Shown here: positions 37,626-48,399 of the stretch, one piece after another
Layout of the letters: every line of letters starts with the position of its first letter
How positions within the stretch are numbered: position 1 is the first letter of the stretch
Assembly (NCBI GenBank): GCA_021513695.1
Contig: CP084166.1
Span: 480,001 to 544,000 of the forward strand
Source of the DNA: Candidatus Heimdallarchaeum aukensis
Lineage (GTDB): Archaea; Asgardarchaeota; Heimdallarchaeia; Heimdallarchaeales; Heimdallarchaeaceae
Direction: 5' to 3'
Length of the DNA: 64,000 nucleotides
Translations under genes and position numbers: made by a program
The notes under the pieces: model-generated
Seen by the model: the letters and a program-made list of their open reading frames with translations, nothing else
The model's database searches: none
What the model was told of the DNA's origin: nothing

Positions 37626-38589
37626 GTGTTTGACTTGAATAAAGAGGTTCTATACAATTTTTTTCATTCTCGAATCTTCAGTATCATTCAAGCTTTCTTT
37701 ATTACAATTCTGTGGTCATCTTCTTGGATACTAATAAAAGAAGGACTAGAAGATATTCCACCTATATTCTTTGCGGGAATTAGATATACTATTTCTTCAT
37801 TTATTTTAATCATTTTAGTATTTATTTTCTATAATAAAGAACAAACAAATGTAAAGATTTCCAAAAAATTATGAGGAAAACTAATTATTTATGGATTTAC
37901 TTTTTATACCATCACTCAAGGAGCTCAATTTATTGGAATATATTTTCTTCCAACTATTACAGTAAGCATGGTTTATAGTTTCACTCCTATAATTGTAGTT
38001 CTATTTTCTTACTTGATTTTAAAAGAGAAATCAAGTTTAATTCAGTTACTAATAGTTTTAGCTTCTATTGTTGGAGTAGTTCTCTACTTTAATCCCTTTT
38101 ACCAACAAGAAAGAACAGACTTTTTTACAATTGGTATTATTATAGTTATTTTTGGTGTAATAGCAAACGCCTTAGCAACAATAATTGGTCGAGACATTAA
38201 TAGTTCAAAGCAAATTCCTCCTCTTCTTGTGACATCAATTAGTAAGACTATAGGTTCGATTATTTTACTTATAGTAGCATTAATAATTGAGAATTTGCCC
38301 AAAATATCACTTAAATCTCTATTAATTATTCTTTGGTTAAGTATTGTAAACACAGCATTTGCTTTTACATTATGGAACAAAGTGATGCAAAAGCTAAAAG
38401 CAGTTGAGTTAATAATGATTAACAACTCTATGCTTGCTCAATTGCAATTTTAGCAGTAATATTTCTAGGAGAACGTCATCTAATTATAGAATGGATTGGA
38501 TTAACAATAGTTGGTTTATGCTCTATTTTTATCCAAATATTTAGAAATAATGGGACAAAAGAAGTAATTACAAATAAAAATGAAAATTA
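37626..38589 (+). pseudogene. EamA/DMT-family transporter, interrupted by an in-frame TGA (37872-37874) and a frameshift near 38410-38440.
   Basis: ORFs 37626-37874 and 37968-38453 are in the same frame, separated only by the TGA. The genuine C-terminus (LYACSIAILAVIFLGERHLIIEWIGLTIVG...) continues in another frame to 38589. TGA is a normal stop elsewhere in the window (cmr5). Confidence 0.5.
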
Positions 38590-38611
38590 AAAAAGAAAAA
38601 CTAGAGCTTTT

Positions 38612-39997
38612 TTAATTCTGTGAAGAGATGTTTATACCCTTTGTTTTAATATAAGGAGTTTCTAGATAGCCATTAACTTTTTTGGTTGTTTTACTTAAAG
38701 ACACAATATTTTTCAGTACATCGAAAACATTACCTGCGATAGTCACATTAGTTAAGGGGGTTGTGATCTCACCATTTTTTATAAGTTGAGCACCTTTAGC
38801 TACTCCAGAGAATATACCATTCTCAGATCTTTGAGAGCCAGCAAAGTATTCAAAGACTATACCTTCTTTTATATCTTCTATCATTTCATCGTATTTTGTG
38901 TCTCCTGGTTTAATTACTGGTACATTTGGAAAGATATTATTTGGAGGATTCATAAAACTGCTATTTATAAATCCACGATAAGAATTTCCTGTTGATTGTG
39001 TGTTTGCTTTGTTTGCTGTCTTTATATCAAACAAATGTGTCATCAATACTCCATCTTTAATTATTTCTAGTTCTTTAACTGGTGTTCCTTCGTCATCAAA
39101 AGGTCTAGCGGTAGAGGATTTTCCATCTAATGAATTATCTATAAACGAGAAGCCATCTATCGCTACTTTTTCTCCTATACTATCTTTCCAAAGTGATTGA
39201 TTATGTTGTGTTCTTTCTGCTGATATAGCCATTGCAATAACAATGAATATTGGGCTAAGGACAGCATCAGGTTTGAAAACAACTATGTCTGAATCTATAC
39301 CTTTTAATTTTTCAACATTGACATTTCTAATGGCTCTTTCTACTAATTCTTTACCAAATTGGTAGAAATCAACTTCTTTTGGATCTTTCACACTAAATGA
39401 ATCCGATACAAAAGAACCTACTTTCTCTCCTTCTCTTGCAATTGCAAGAAATGATCCATCAAGGCTATTTCTGATATAGTTTCCTTCTACACCAAGAGAG
39501 TTTGCTATTCCCACATATTCTTCAGAAAGGATGATTCGACTAAGGTCTGTTTTAACGCTTATTGGTGCTTCTTCAAAGGGTAATAGTATCTGTTTAGCAC
39601 TGTCTATTAGTTCTTCAACCGTAAAAGTAGATAATTGTTTTGAAAAAAGTCCTTCGATTGTTGAATAGGAACTGGGAGGAGCAAGAGCTATTCCTTCTTT
39701 TTTAGGTTTGACTTTTAACATCACAATTGCTTGTTCAACTGTTTGCTCTATTGCTTTTTTATCTGCTTTATTAGTATAACTAAATCCTTCTACAGAATCT
39801 AGTAAAACTCTTATTCCAAAACCTAATTCTTGCACTTCTTTCTCATTAGCTATTTCTTTTCCAGAACAAGTAACTTCTAGTTTCTTGTTATCAGAGAAAA
39901 ATACTTCAGCGTCTTTAACTCCTTTCTTTTCAGCATACTCAATAGCATATTGAGCAAGATAATAAGCTTCATCTCTATTGATATTTGATTCACTCAT
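38612..39997 (-). CDS. PmbA/TldE-family metalloprotease modulator.
   Basis: 461-aa paralog adjacent to TldD with the shared TldD/PmbA fold. No HExxxH. Confidence 0.65.
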   Translation of the reverse strand: MSESNINRDEAYYLAQYAIEYAEKKGVKDAEVFFSDNKKLEVTCSGKEIANEKEVQELGFGIRVLLDSVEGFSYTNKADKKAIEQTVEQAIVMLKVKPKKEGIALAPPSSYSTIEGLFSKQLSTFTVEELIDSAKQILLPFEEAPISVKTDLSRIILSEEYVGIANSLGVEGNYIRNSLDGSFLAIAREGEKVGSFVSDSFSVKDPKEVDFYQFGKELVERAIRNVNVEKLKGIDSDIVVFKPDAVLSPIFIVIAMAISAERTQHNQSLWKDSIGEKVAIDGFSFIDNSLDGKSSTARPFDDEGTPVKELEIIKDGVLMTHLFDIKTANKANTQSTGNSYRGFINSSFMNPPNNIFPNVPVIKPGDTKYDEMIEDIKEGIVFEYFAGSQRSENGIFSGVAKGAQLIKNGEITTPLTNVTIAGNVFDVLKNIVSLSKTTKKVNGYLETPYIKTKGINISSQN

Positions 39998-41398
39998 TTA
40001 ATTTCCTCCTGCAAGCATTGCTTTAACTGCTATATGTGGACCTCCAGCATCCACTTTGGCCGGTTGAATCTTTCCACAAGAACCTGAACCTAAAGAAATA
40101 ACAAAATCTTTGCCTACGCCTATAATATTGGATAAAACTTCAAAAGCGTTTCCAGTTAAAACAGGTCCCTGGTAAATTTTCTCTGTTATCTCCCCTTTAG
40201 TAATTCTAAAAGCTTCTAATGCTCCAAACATGAATTCTCCACTTGAATCTGCCTGTCCATTTTGTAGAGATTTAAGGTAGTAACCGTCACCTATAGCTTC
40301 TAATAATTCTTCAAAACTCATATCTCCAGATTCGATGTAGGTGTTCCTCATTCTAACAATTGGTTCATCAGCAAATGTGTAAGCTCTTGCGTTTCCTGTA
40401 GGTTCAACACCTAACTTTGTTGCTAGTTCTCTATTAGTCATATACCCTGTCATAACTCCATTGGTAATGATTTTCACTTCTTTTCCTTTTACTCCTTCAT
40501 CATCGAAAGGTAACCATCCTACACCCATCCAGTTAGTGCTTTCTTTAAAAGGAGAATCTACTATAGTTATTCGTTCATCACAAACTTTTTTACCCAACTT
40601 ACCTTGAGTAAAAGAGCCAGCAAGAACTAAGTCAGCTTCAGCAGTGTGTCCTATAGCTTCATGTGCAAGAACACCTACCATCTGATGATCTAATAACAAA
40701 TTATGTGTCCCTGCAGGGGGTAATGTTGCATCTGTTAATTGTGTAGATTTTTCACATGACGATTTAACTAGTTCATCTAGTGGATGTAAATCAAAAAACT
40801 CTGCTCCACAAGTATGAGACCATGATTTATATCCTCCAGCTATTTTCCCTTCTTTTGAAGCAACAGCATAACTAATAACCGTTGGTTTCATGTCTTCCCA
40901 TTCTACTCTTGTTCCTTCGTTAGTGAAAATAATTCTTTTATCAATGACCTCATTATAGCTAATTTGAAGACTTTTGACCGCTGAATAATCATTTTTTAAT
41001 TTTGAAGCTTCTTGTATCATCTTTATTTTTTCTTCAAGTGAAATGTCTAACAAGCTAATTTTCCTCGGTGATACAGCTTTTTCATCGATTATTTCTACTT
41101 CAGCTAATTGTATTTTTTCACTTTTTGAACTTGCAGAGTTTTTAGCTAAAGAAACCGCGTTAGAAACAATTTTTTCTGCATTTTCTTTGCTCAACTTATT
41201 CGTACTAGCAAAAGCCCAACTTCCATCAACTAGAACCCTAATTCCTATTCCATTTCTAGATCCTATGTTAGTGTTAATTTCTCCATTCTTATATACTAAA
41301 TCTGCAGAATATTTGTCTTGAAACCGAGCTTCTACAAATTCTGCTCCTTTTTTTTCTGCATACTCTAGAATATAGTTTAATAGATCTCTTATTTCCAA
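39998..41398 (-). CDS. tldD: TldD-family zinc metalloprotease.
   Basis: HEAIGHTAEADL provides the HExxxH-type motif characteristic of TldD. 466 aa. Immediately upstream of the PmbA paralog. Confidence 0.7.
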   Translation of the reverse strand: MEIRDLLNYILEYAEKKGAEFVEARFQDKYSADLVYKNGEINTNIGSRNGIGIRVLVDGSWAFASTNKLSKENAEKIVSNAVSLAKNSASSKSEKIQLAEVEIIDEKAVSPRKISLLDISLEEKIKMIQEASKLKNDYSAVKSLQISYNEVIDKRIIFTNEGTRVEWEDMKPTVISYAVASKEGKIAGGYKSWSHTCGAEFFDLHPLDELVKSSCEKSTQLTDATLPPAGTHNLLLDHQMVGVLAHEAIGHTAEADLVLAGSFTQGKLGKKVCDERITIVDSPFKESTNWMGVGWLPFDDEGVKGKEVKIITNGVMTGYMTNRELATKLGVEPTGNARAYTFADEPIVRMRNTYIESGDMSFEELLEAIGDGYYLKSLQNGQADSSGEFMFGALEAFRITKGEITEKIYQGPVLTGNAFEVLSNIIGVGKDFVISLGSGSCGKIQPAKVDAGGPHIAVKAMLAGGN

Positions 41399-41536
41399 TT
41401 AATCACCTTTATTAAATGAACTCTAAATTTAGTACTCTAAACTATTATTAAAACGTATACAAAAAATTAACAGTAGTAATATTTATATTATTTAAACCAA
41501 TAAAGTTCTACTTAGAACATCTTTTAGGGGTTCAAA

Positions 41537-44500
41537 ATGAAAAAGAAAGTATTTTTTATTATTAACATTCTAGTAATTATGTTATTGTTTTCTTCTTCAA
41601 CTTTTACTTTTGCTACAAAGCAAATAGACAAAAATACAGAGATCACTATTACAAGTATTGAAGAGTTTAACTTGAAGGAGAAACAAGTAATTGTAGGAGG
41701 TTACAGAGAGTTCTGCTATGGATGGGTAGGAACTGATGGTTGGGTAAATAGCTACGTCGGATTTGAAGGAATTGGATTAGTAGTGGGAAACTTGGATTTT
41801 TCAACCATTCCACAAATTTACATCGAGAATCTAGATTGGATTTCTCTCTCTACTCATTATTCTGAAGATCCATACGAGTGGAATACTAATCTTGATATTG
41901 ACTTTAGTGAATTAAGTTTTGAAGACGCTCAAAATGCAGCAGATTTAGTAAAAGAAATAATTCAACAATTCCTAATCGTAGAACTTGAGTTTGAAGGTTC
42001 GTACAGTTATGATGAGTGGAGAGGAGAATGGGTAGAAATAATATCATTTAGATATTCAGGACATGCGGACTGGTCAAACATCAAAGAATTGTATGAAGGA
42101 AGTATTCCTAGAGAAAAAGGAGGTATAGCTGAGACAATAGATATTGCAGAAGCTAAAGAATTGAGATTTGAAGGTTGGTATAATAGCTACGAACAAGCAG
42201 TGGTGGGAAGAATCGGTTTTTCATTCGGTTTCCAAAAAACAACTTTAGTCGGTGGACATTCAATAAGTTTGAAAGAGATTTTCCATATCGCAGATTTTGA
42301 AGCTTCATCAGAAGCGAGCAACCCACTAAACATATATGTAGAGTTGCCAGATGTTGAAAATTTAGATATAAGCCCTTGGTATAATGATACCCAACTAATG
42401 ATGTACTTGGAATATCACCCAAATATAGAAGAACCTTGGATCAAAGATTCAGCTTATTCAATCATAATAGATTTAAGTTCTGGAAAATATATAAGCGATT
42501 TTATTGTTTCATTTGACTACACATTTATTCCTTGGGACTTAAGAATACTTGAAGAAGCAGAATATTACATAGATCCAAGAGGATACGATAGCCGATATAT
42601 TGGTTACCAAGGTAGTCTTGCTTCTCTCTCAACAGATGCTTTTGACGAGTCAGTTCTTGAAAACATCTTCAACATTGATTTATGGTACTATGTAAATGCT
42701 TATTCTGTTGCAGAATATGCAAATATAGTTATCGATTTAAGATATACTGGGCCAGGTCCACACAACAATGACACTATAATTAGCTATTTTGAATCAATTC
42801 TTGGTTATACCTTTACTTTTGACGAAGTTACCACAGAATATGTATGGGACTATTATCAACAGCAAGATGTAGAAATAACTAGATATACCTCACATATACA
42901 AAACTTCCCTAAAGCAGATTTTGATAACTTAGTAGCTAATAGTATAGCCTATAAACATTCATCTATGATTAACAGCTCAAATATTCTTCCTGATATTACT
43001 AGATTTCATTGGAAAATAGACTACTTATCTATTTTTGATGATTATAGACACGAAATAGGCTTTTATGATTATAGTTTAGATGAATTTGAAGAATCACCAA
43101 CAAAAGCTTATACTGAAACCAGCGTCCCAAATACATATACCATAGATCTACTAAACAAATTCGGATGGACAACCTTTCCATACTCTTCTGAATCTTCGCA
43201 AATGAAAATAAGATTTGAGTCAACAATCACTGATTTAGATTCAGTGGTTTTTGACCCAGATAAAGGAAATGGATGGGGATATGATTCCTGGTTCTGGTTT
43301 TACTCGTGGAGTAATTATCAATATATCTATTATGATTTCAACTGGTTTACTGAAACTCCATATACAACAGACGATAATGGGAACAAAGTTGATCCTCTAA
43401 CAGGATTGACTATATCATTTGATAATCAATTTGAACCAGATACAATAGATATTGAACCTCCAAACATTAATGGACTACGTTATTATCCTTACCCAGACTT
43501 TTGGGACTGGGATATTTGGAGTTATTCCTATTCTGGATTAAACTTGTTTGGGGTAGATGTTGATGACAATGGATGGTTGTATTATTACGATACAAGTGTA
43601 GGGTATATGGTTCCGAGATTTCCAGGAAGTGGAGTAGATTCTGTAGAAGGAAAATTATTTTACACTGCATTACCTACAGAATTAAGCGGTGTAACTCAAA
43701 ACGTCTCCTTTATTTGGAATACCACTGCTAATCTTTACACAACTTATGTTGATTTCTCAAGTGGAGATTTTGCAGACGGTGAATGGGGTTTTGAAGTGTA
43801 TGCTAATGATTCTTATGGAAACGAGGCATGGATGTATGAGACTATAACTGTTGATAACTATGACGATGCAGAGTATGTAAATCCTGCTTCAGTAGTCTGG
43901 ACATCTACAACTCCAGAAGATGGAGCTACAGTTACTGGTGAGATAACTATAGAAGCAGAAATAACAGATGATGTAGGTGTATTCTTGGCAGTAATTTGGG
44001 CAAACTTTGGAGGATGGTTGTTTGAAGATCCAGACGAAGACGGAATTTATTCTAAAACAATCGATACAACTTACTACGTTGATGGGCCTTTAGAAATAAT
44101 TATAGAAGTATGGGACATGGAAGGACATCATACAGTTGTTTCAAGGACTTTTACAATAGACAATGTTCCTTCTGGAAACCCACCAACAATAACGTTCATT
44201 TATCCAACTGATGGAGAAACAGTAACAGGAACAATTTTGATTCAAGCAGAAGTAATCGATGATATTGGATTAAGATCTGTTACTTTCAGTGTAGATGACA
44301 GAACACCAATGGCTATGAGTTATAACGATGAAACAGGATACTACGAAGTAAGTTATAACACAAATCAGTTAACTAATGGAATGCATACATTCTACATTAC
44401 AGCAGTAGATCAAGACGAAAACGTACATACTGTTACAGCATCGATAGAAATAGAAGTAACAGGAAGCACAGGGACAGGAGAAGGCAATCCTCCAGAATAT

Positions 44501-44947
44501 AAGCTGATAAATGTACCAGTTAATCAAACAGAAGAGGAATTAGCAACACAAATAACTGCTGCAGTAGATGAATCAAAAGCAGTTGTTGATGTGTTTGTAT
44601 GGGAAATTGAAGCAAAAGACGATTATGGTCTTAATCAAATCTCTATTTCTATAGATGACAATCTGTCTGCAATGGAAGGAGCTGATGCAGGACCAGACAC
44701 ATGGAGTACATGGACCTACGAATGGGATAGCACAGAAGTAAAAGACGGAGCTCATTATGCGGTAATAACAATTTCTGATATTGATACAAATCAACATACA
44801 GTAAAAATTGTTATTGGTTTTACAACAAATAACGGAAATGTCGGAGAAAAGAAAACATTCGGAATTGATGGTTTCACCTACTTCTGGACTATTTTAGCAA
44901 TAATACCAATTTCAGTCATTAAAATTTTAAGAAGAAGAAAGCAATAA
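41537..44947 (+). CDS. Large cell-surface protein with a signal peptide, internally repeated Ig-like/beta-sandwich modules and a C-terminal TM anchor.
   Basis: N-terminal hydrophobic signal (FFIINILVIMLLFSS). Repeated modules: ATVTGEITIEAEITDDVGV, ETVTGTILIQAEVIDDIGL, VVDVFVWEIEAKDDYGL. C-terminal FWTILAIIPISVIKILRRRKQ. Rich in W/Y/D/N. Confidence 0.45.
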   Translation: MKKKVFFIINILVIMLLFSSSTFTFATKQIDKNTEITITSIEEFNLKEKQVIVGGYREFCYGWVGTDGWVNSYVGFEGIGLVVGNLDFSTIPQIYIENLDWISLSTHYSEDPYEWNTNLDIDFSELSFEDAQNAADLVKEIIQQFLIVELEFEGSYSYDEWRGEWVEIISFRYSGHADWSNIKELYEGSIPREKGGIAETIDIAEAKELRFEGWYNSYEQAVVGRIGFSFGFQKTTLVGGHSISLKEIFHIADFEASSEASNPLNIYVELPDVENLDISPWYNDTQLMMYLEYHPNIEEPWIKDSAYSIIIDLSSGKYISDFIVSFDYTFIPWDLRILEEAEYYIDPRGYDSRYIGYQGSLASLSTDAFDESVLENIFNIDLWYYVNAYSVAEYANIVIDLRYTGPGPHNNDTIISYFESILGYTFTFDEVTTEYVWDYYQQQDVEITRYTSHIQNFPKADFDNLVANSIAYKHSSMINSSNILPDITRFHWKIDYLSIFDDYRHEIGFYDYSLDEFEESPTKAYTETSVPNTYTIDLLNKFGWTTFPYSSESSQMKIRFESTITDLDSVVFDPDKGNGWGYDSWFWFYSWSNYQYIYYDFNWFTETPYTTDDNGNKVDPLTGLTISFDNQFEPDTIDIEPPNINGLRYYPYPDFWDWDIWSYSYSGLNLFGVDVDDNGWLYYYDTSVGYMVPRFPGSGVDSVEGKLFYTALPTELSGVTQNVSFIWNTTANLYTTYVDFSSGDFADGEWGFEVYANDSYGNEAWMYETITVDNYDDAEYVNPASVVWTSTTPEDGATVTGEITIEAEITDDVGVFLAVIWANFGGWLFEDPDEDGIYSKTIDTTYYVDGPLEIIIEVWDMEGHHTVVSRTFTIDNVPSGNPPTITFIYPTDGETVTGTILIQAEVIDDIGLRSVTFSVDDRTPMAMSYNDETGYYEVSYNTNQLTNGMHTFYITAVDQDENVHTVTASIEIEVTGSTGTGEGNPPEYKLINVPVNQTEEELATQITAAVDESKAVVDVFVWEIEAKDDYGLNQISISIDDNLSAMEGADAGPDTWSTWTYEWDSTEVKDGAHYAVITISDIDTNQHTVKIVIGFTTNNGNVGEKKTFGIDGFTYFWTILAIIPISVIKILRRRKQ

Positions 44948-44994
44948 TTTTTTCTTTTTTTTTCTTCTTTTTTCTCTTTTTTAAAAGATCTAAC

Positions 44995-46233
44995 CTACAA
45001 AAAATCTTCTAATTTCTTTTGTTTCTTTTTCAATTCATAAATTTTGGATTTGTTCTTATAATAATCGATTGAGTATGCTAGGAATTTTGGAATATAAGAA
45101 AATGCAGAATCTAGGGTGTCTGTGCTAACTATCTGATTTTGCATTGCTTGTCTTGCTCCTTGCCTTACAACCCAGACACCCAAAGGTAATTTATAATTCT
45201 GGTCAATTTCTCTAAAGGTTATCACTTGTGCTTGTCTTCTTATTTTTCGGAGATACTCCGTAACTGCTAATCTTGTAGCATAATATCCTCCAGATACATT
45301 TTTTGCATAAGTTTTTCGACCATTGTATAGTTCATAATCTGAAATACCAATATCCTTTGCACTTGGATTTAAGTAAGCACCCTTATACCAAACTTCAATT
45401 GCTTCAAAACCCCAAAAATCAGGTATTAATATGATATAAAAACGATTTCCAAAAAAGTAACTTGTAAAAACTTGAAATTCGTTGATTGTTGGAAACTTTT
45501 TGATTTCTTCAATATGTGATTTACTCAAAGTGTCATCAACAGCAGTGATACTCCAACGAGTAGGAACAAGTTTCCTATTTTTGCCCAAACCCAACATTCC
45601 TGCAGACATCACTCTAATTAAATTAGAAACAGAAATATTTTCTTTTCCTAAAATTGTAATCGCTTCTGAAGCTTTTAAATCTGTATCGTAATAAGCTTTC
45701 TCTATAGGTTTTAATGGGGTTTGATTCTCTGTAACATCTAGTTTTCTAATAGGAGCTACAGGTCCATGAGGAGCTAAACGAGGATCAATAGTTAGTCGAG
45801 GAATAATACTCCGTTCAAGTTCAACTTCAACATTGATGGGTTTTATACCTAATAACATTTCATGACTTTTCTGAATAATTCTAGATTCAAGAGGTTTCTT
45901 TGCATCAATTTGTGCCTTAGTCCTAATCATAGATAACCTCATCATAATAATTTCTTCTTGTGTTTTATTATTCCACAAATCACTATCATCAACCACAATA
46001 GACGGTTCTTTCGACGGAGTTAAAACTGGACCAGCATTGATTTCAGGATAGTTAAACCTTCCAACAAAAAAAGCAGGAGGAGCATATGCATCTTCAATTC
46101 TATCGATCTTCTTTACTTGAATACTCATCTCATCCATCCATTTTTTCAATAATGGACAAGGAGAAATACCACACAGATTCCTTGAAGTTTTGCATATTAC
46201 ACATAGCTCAAAATCGATATCCTGCTTTTTCAT
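44995..46233 (-). CDS. Conserved archaeal protein with an N-terminal Cys4 motif (possibly Nre-family DNA-repair-associated protein).
   Basis: Begins CVICKTSRNLCGISPCPLL. 412 aa, similar in size to arCOG Nre proteins. The family call comes from recalled motif similarity only. Confidence 0.3.
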   Translation of the reverse strand: MKKQDIDFELCVICKTSRNLCGISPCPLLKKWMDEMSIQVKKIDRIEDAYAPPAFFVGRFNYPEINAGPVLTPSKEPSIVVDDSDLWNNKTQEEIIMMRLSMIRTKAQIDAKKPLESRIIQKSHEMLLGIKPINVEVELERSIIPRLTIDPRLAPHGPVAPIRKLDVTENQTPLKPIEKAYYDTDLKASEAITILGKENISVSNLIRVMSAGMLGLGKNRKLVPTRWSITAVDDTLSKSHIEEIKKFPTINEFQVFTSYFFGNRFYIILIPDFWGFEAIEVWYKGAYLNPSAKDIGISDYELYNGRKTYAKNVSGGYYATRLAVTEYLRKIRRQAQVITFREIDQNYKLPLGVWVVRQGARQAMQNQIVSTDTLDSAFSYIPKFLAYSIDYYKNKSKIYELKKKQKKLEDFL

Positions 46234-46380
46234 TATATTTATATCTTTTTTTCAATTTTTAAATATTAATAACATTAATTTAATCTTTTTTTTATATAAT
46301 AAACAAATTATCGAAACATATATGTTAGAATTTTTCATAAAATTAATAAATATGAAAAATAATAACATTTCGATAACAAT

Positions 46381-46840
46381 GAAAATTAATTTAATTTCTA
46401 GGAAAAAAAGCTTGATATTTGGGGTTCTATTGGTTTTAGTGATATCTCTTTCATGGGGAGTGAGAGCAGATAGCAACATGAAACTTTCAATTACCACAGC
46501 ATATTACTGTGACATTGATGGAGATGGATTTGAAGATGATATTTATGCAGAAGCAATAGTATTAGCAGATGAAGGATTCAAATTTTACTACATGGAATAC
46601 TCTTTAATTTACCCATCAGGAAATGTTTATTCTGATGATCATACATATTACACCTTTGATAGTGAAACAACTTTTGTTTTCAGATTAACAAATGCTGCTA
46701 CAGAATCAGGATGGTATACATTAGAAATAACTCTATACGTATTAACTGGTGGTGGAATAACAGTTCTTTACGATAGCTTAGAGTTCGATCCCCCTGGTGG
46801 AAGTGGAGATGAACCAATAGGTGGAGGAGTTTCTCCCTAA
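46381..46840 (+). CDS. Small secreted protein. The likely start is the internal Met before the signal peptide.
   Basis: MKINLISRKKSLIFGVLLVLVISLSWGVRA is signal-peptide-like. The long ORF-track N-terminus (from 46190) overlaps the antisense gene and is probably spurious. Confidence 0.3.
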
Positions 46841-46874
46841 ATCTTGCTGAAAAAATAGAAGAAAAAAGAAATTA

Positions 46875-46926
46875 AAACTCCTTAGGTTTTAATTTTTATT
46901 TCCGTCGCTCGCCCCCTAAGGAGTTT
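46875..46926 (+). terminator. Perfect 12-bp inverted repeat (AAACTCCTTAGG ... CCTAAGGAGTTT) with a 28-nt loop, followed by a T-rich tract.
   Basis: Read directly. Lies 35 nt downstream of the 46840 stop. Confidence 0.35.
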
Positions 46927-47024
46927 CTTTCTTTTATTTCTTTCTGATTTAAACTCTACTAGTTACCTATTGTAAAAAATACTTTAATATTTAGTCAGAA
47001 AGAAATAAGGGGCAAAAATAGGAG

Positions 47025-48260
47025 GTGAAAAAAATATATAGAATTCCTTTATTACAAGTAAAAATAATTCATGCATTACAAGATAACCCTTTGGCTTCTT
47101 ATGAAGAGATAGCAAAAAAGGTTAAAATTCCTCTTACCACACTATACAGGAAAATAAGATCACTAGAAGAAAAGAAGATCATTAGAAACACTCTTTCATC
47201 CAAAATAGCTGAAAAAATAGGTTTAACCCGCTATACATTTGAATTTAAGATAAAGTCACTTGAACAGTTTCAACTAATGCAGCTTGCTTTTCATGAGCAT
47301 CCTTTTACTTATCATTATAACAGATTTTACGGAAACCAATTTGGTTTTTATGCTAAATTTGACATTCCTGAAGGAGGAATAAAGTATTTTGAATTATTCT
47401 TAAAAGAATTAATAAATAGAGAAATGTGTGAAAGTTACAACCTATATGCATCTACAGGCCATTGGGTGGATATTCAAGAGCCTATACCAAACACAAAGCT
47501 AAATCCAAAAAGTTTCAACCTTGTTGAATTCTGGGGAAAAAGACAAGAGATGAAAGAAACAAATGGAGAGAAAATTGAGAAAATTGATATAAAAAAATTA
47601 CATCCTATTCAACTTTTAATACTTCGAGATATAAACAGGAATGCTAAGCAGAAACAGAAAGACCTTTTAGAACTTTACAAAAAAGCTTTAGAGAATGAAA
47701 AAGTGAATTCAGAAGAAACAAAAATCATTCCAGAGGCATACAAATCATTCATTGAAGAATTTTTTGAAGGTAGAAGTCATGAAGCAATAATGATGGACTT
47801 TAATCGTAAATATAAATTCGTTTTTGAAAATTTAGTCACTAATTTCAGAATTAACTTTTCTCGTAACTATTTTGAGATATATCCTATGCAAGCTTATGTT
47901 ATTAAAGATATAAGCTCTGAAGAAAGTTTCCAAACTTTAAACTTATTCAAAAAATATAGACCACCTTTCAGAGCAGGTATTGATATATTAAACAGAGGAT
48001 TGTTCATTGCTGTTACTCTCCCACCGTTCTATGCTTCAAGATTCTCATACTTAATATATAGTTCCTATTCTGATTTTAAATTTTATAACATGGACTTCTT
48101 TGGAGAGCATGGTGTGGCTTATCCTTTCTATGTAAATAACTTTGATCCAATAAAAAATGAATGGAAAACAGATAAAAAATGGATAGTAGATGATGTATTT
48201 TCAAGAATTGATGGAAAACTAAACAATGGTAATTATGGTGAAAACAACAATCACCATTAA
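47025..48260 (+). CDS. Protein with an N-terminal Lrp/AsnC-type HTH.
   Basis: KIIHALQDNPLASYEEIAKKVKIPLTTLYRKIRSLEEKKIIR is a typical AsnC-family wHTH. The remaining 350 aa are unassigned. Confidence 0.4.
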   Translation: MKKIYRIPLLQVKIIHALQDNPLASYEEIAKKVKIPLTTLYRKIRSLEEKKIIRNTLSSKIAEKIGLTRYTFEFKIKSLEQFQLMQLAFHEHPFTYHYNRFYGNQFGFYAKFDIPEGGIKYFELFLKELINREMCESYNLYASTGHWVDIQEPIPNTKLNPKSFNLVEFWGKRQEMKETNGEKIEKIDIKKLHPIQLLILRDINRNAKQKQKDLLELYKKALENEKVNSEETKIIPEAYKSFIEEFFEGRSHEAIMMDFNRKYKFVFENLVTNFRINFSRNYFEIYPMQAYVIKDISSEESFQTLNLFKKYRPPFRAGIDILNRGLFIAVTLPPFYASRFSYLIYSSYSDFKFYNMDFFGEHGVAYPFYVNNFDPIKNEWKTDKKWIVDDVFSRIDGKLNNGNYGENNNHH

Positions 48261-48399
48261 TTTTTTTATTTTGCACCAAAAGTGTATAATAATTGACTAG
48301 ATATCAACAGTAATTCTTCTTAAATACTCAATTGTTTTTTGCAATTTTTTTGTCTTCAAAAATAGAATAGTTTTTGTATTTGAAGAAAAATAATTACTT

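Noticed and set aside
37872-37874. In-frame TGA in the EamA gene as possible selenocysteine or stop-codon reassignment.
   Set aside because: TGA functions as an ordinary stop at cmr5 in this window. No SECIS-like context is apparent. The same gene also carries a frameshift, so a pseudogene or sequencing error is far more likely.
46190-46380. ORF-track N-terminal extension of the 46190-46840 ORF overlapping the 3' end of the Nre-like gene.
   Set aside because: The overlap with a convergent gene and a clear signal-peptide Met at 46381 make the extension implausible.
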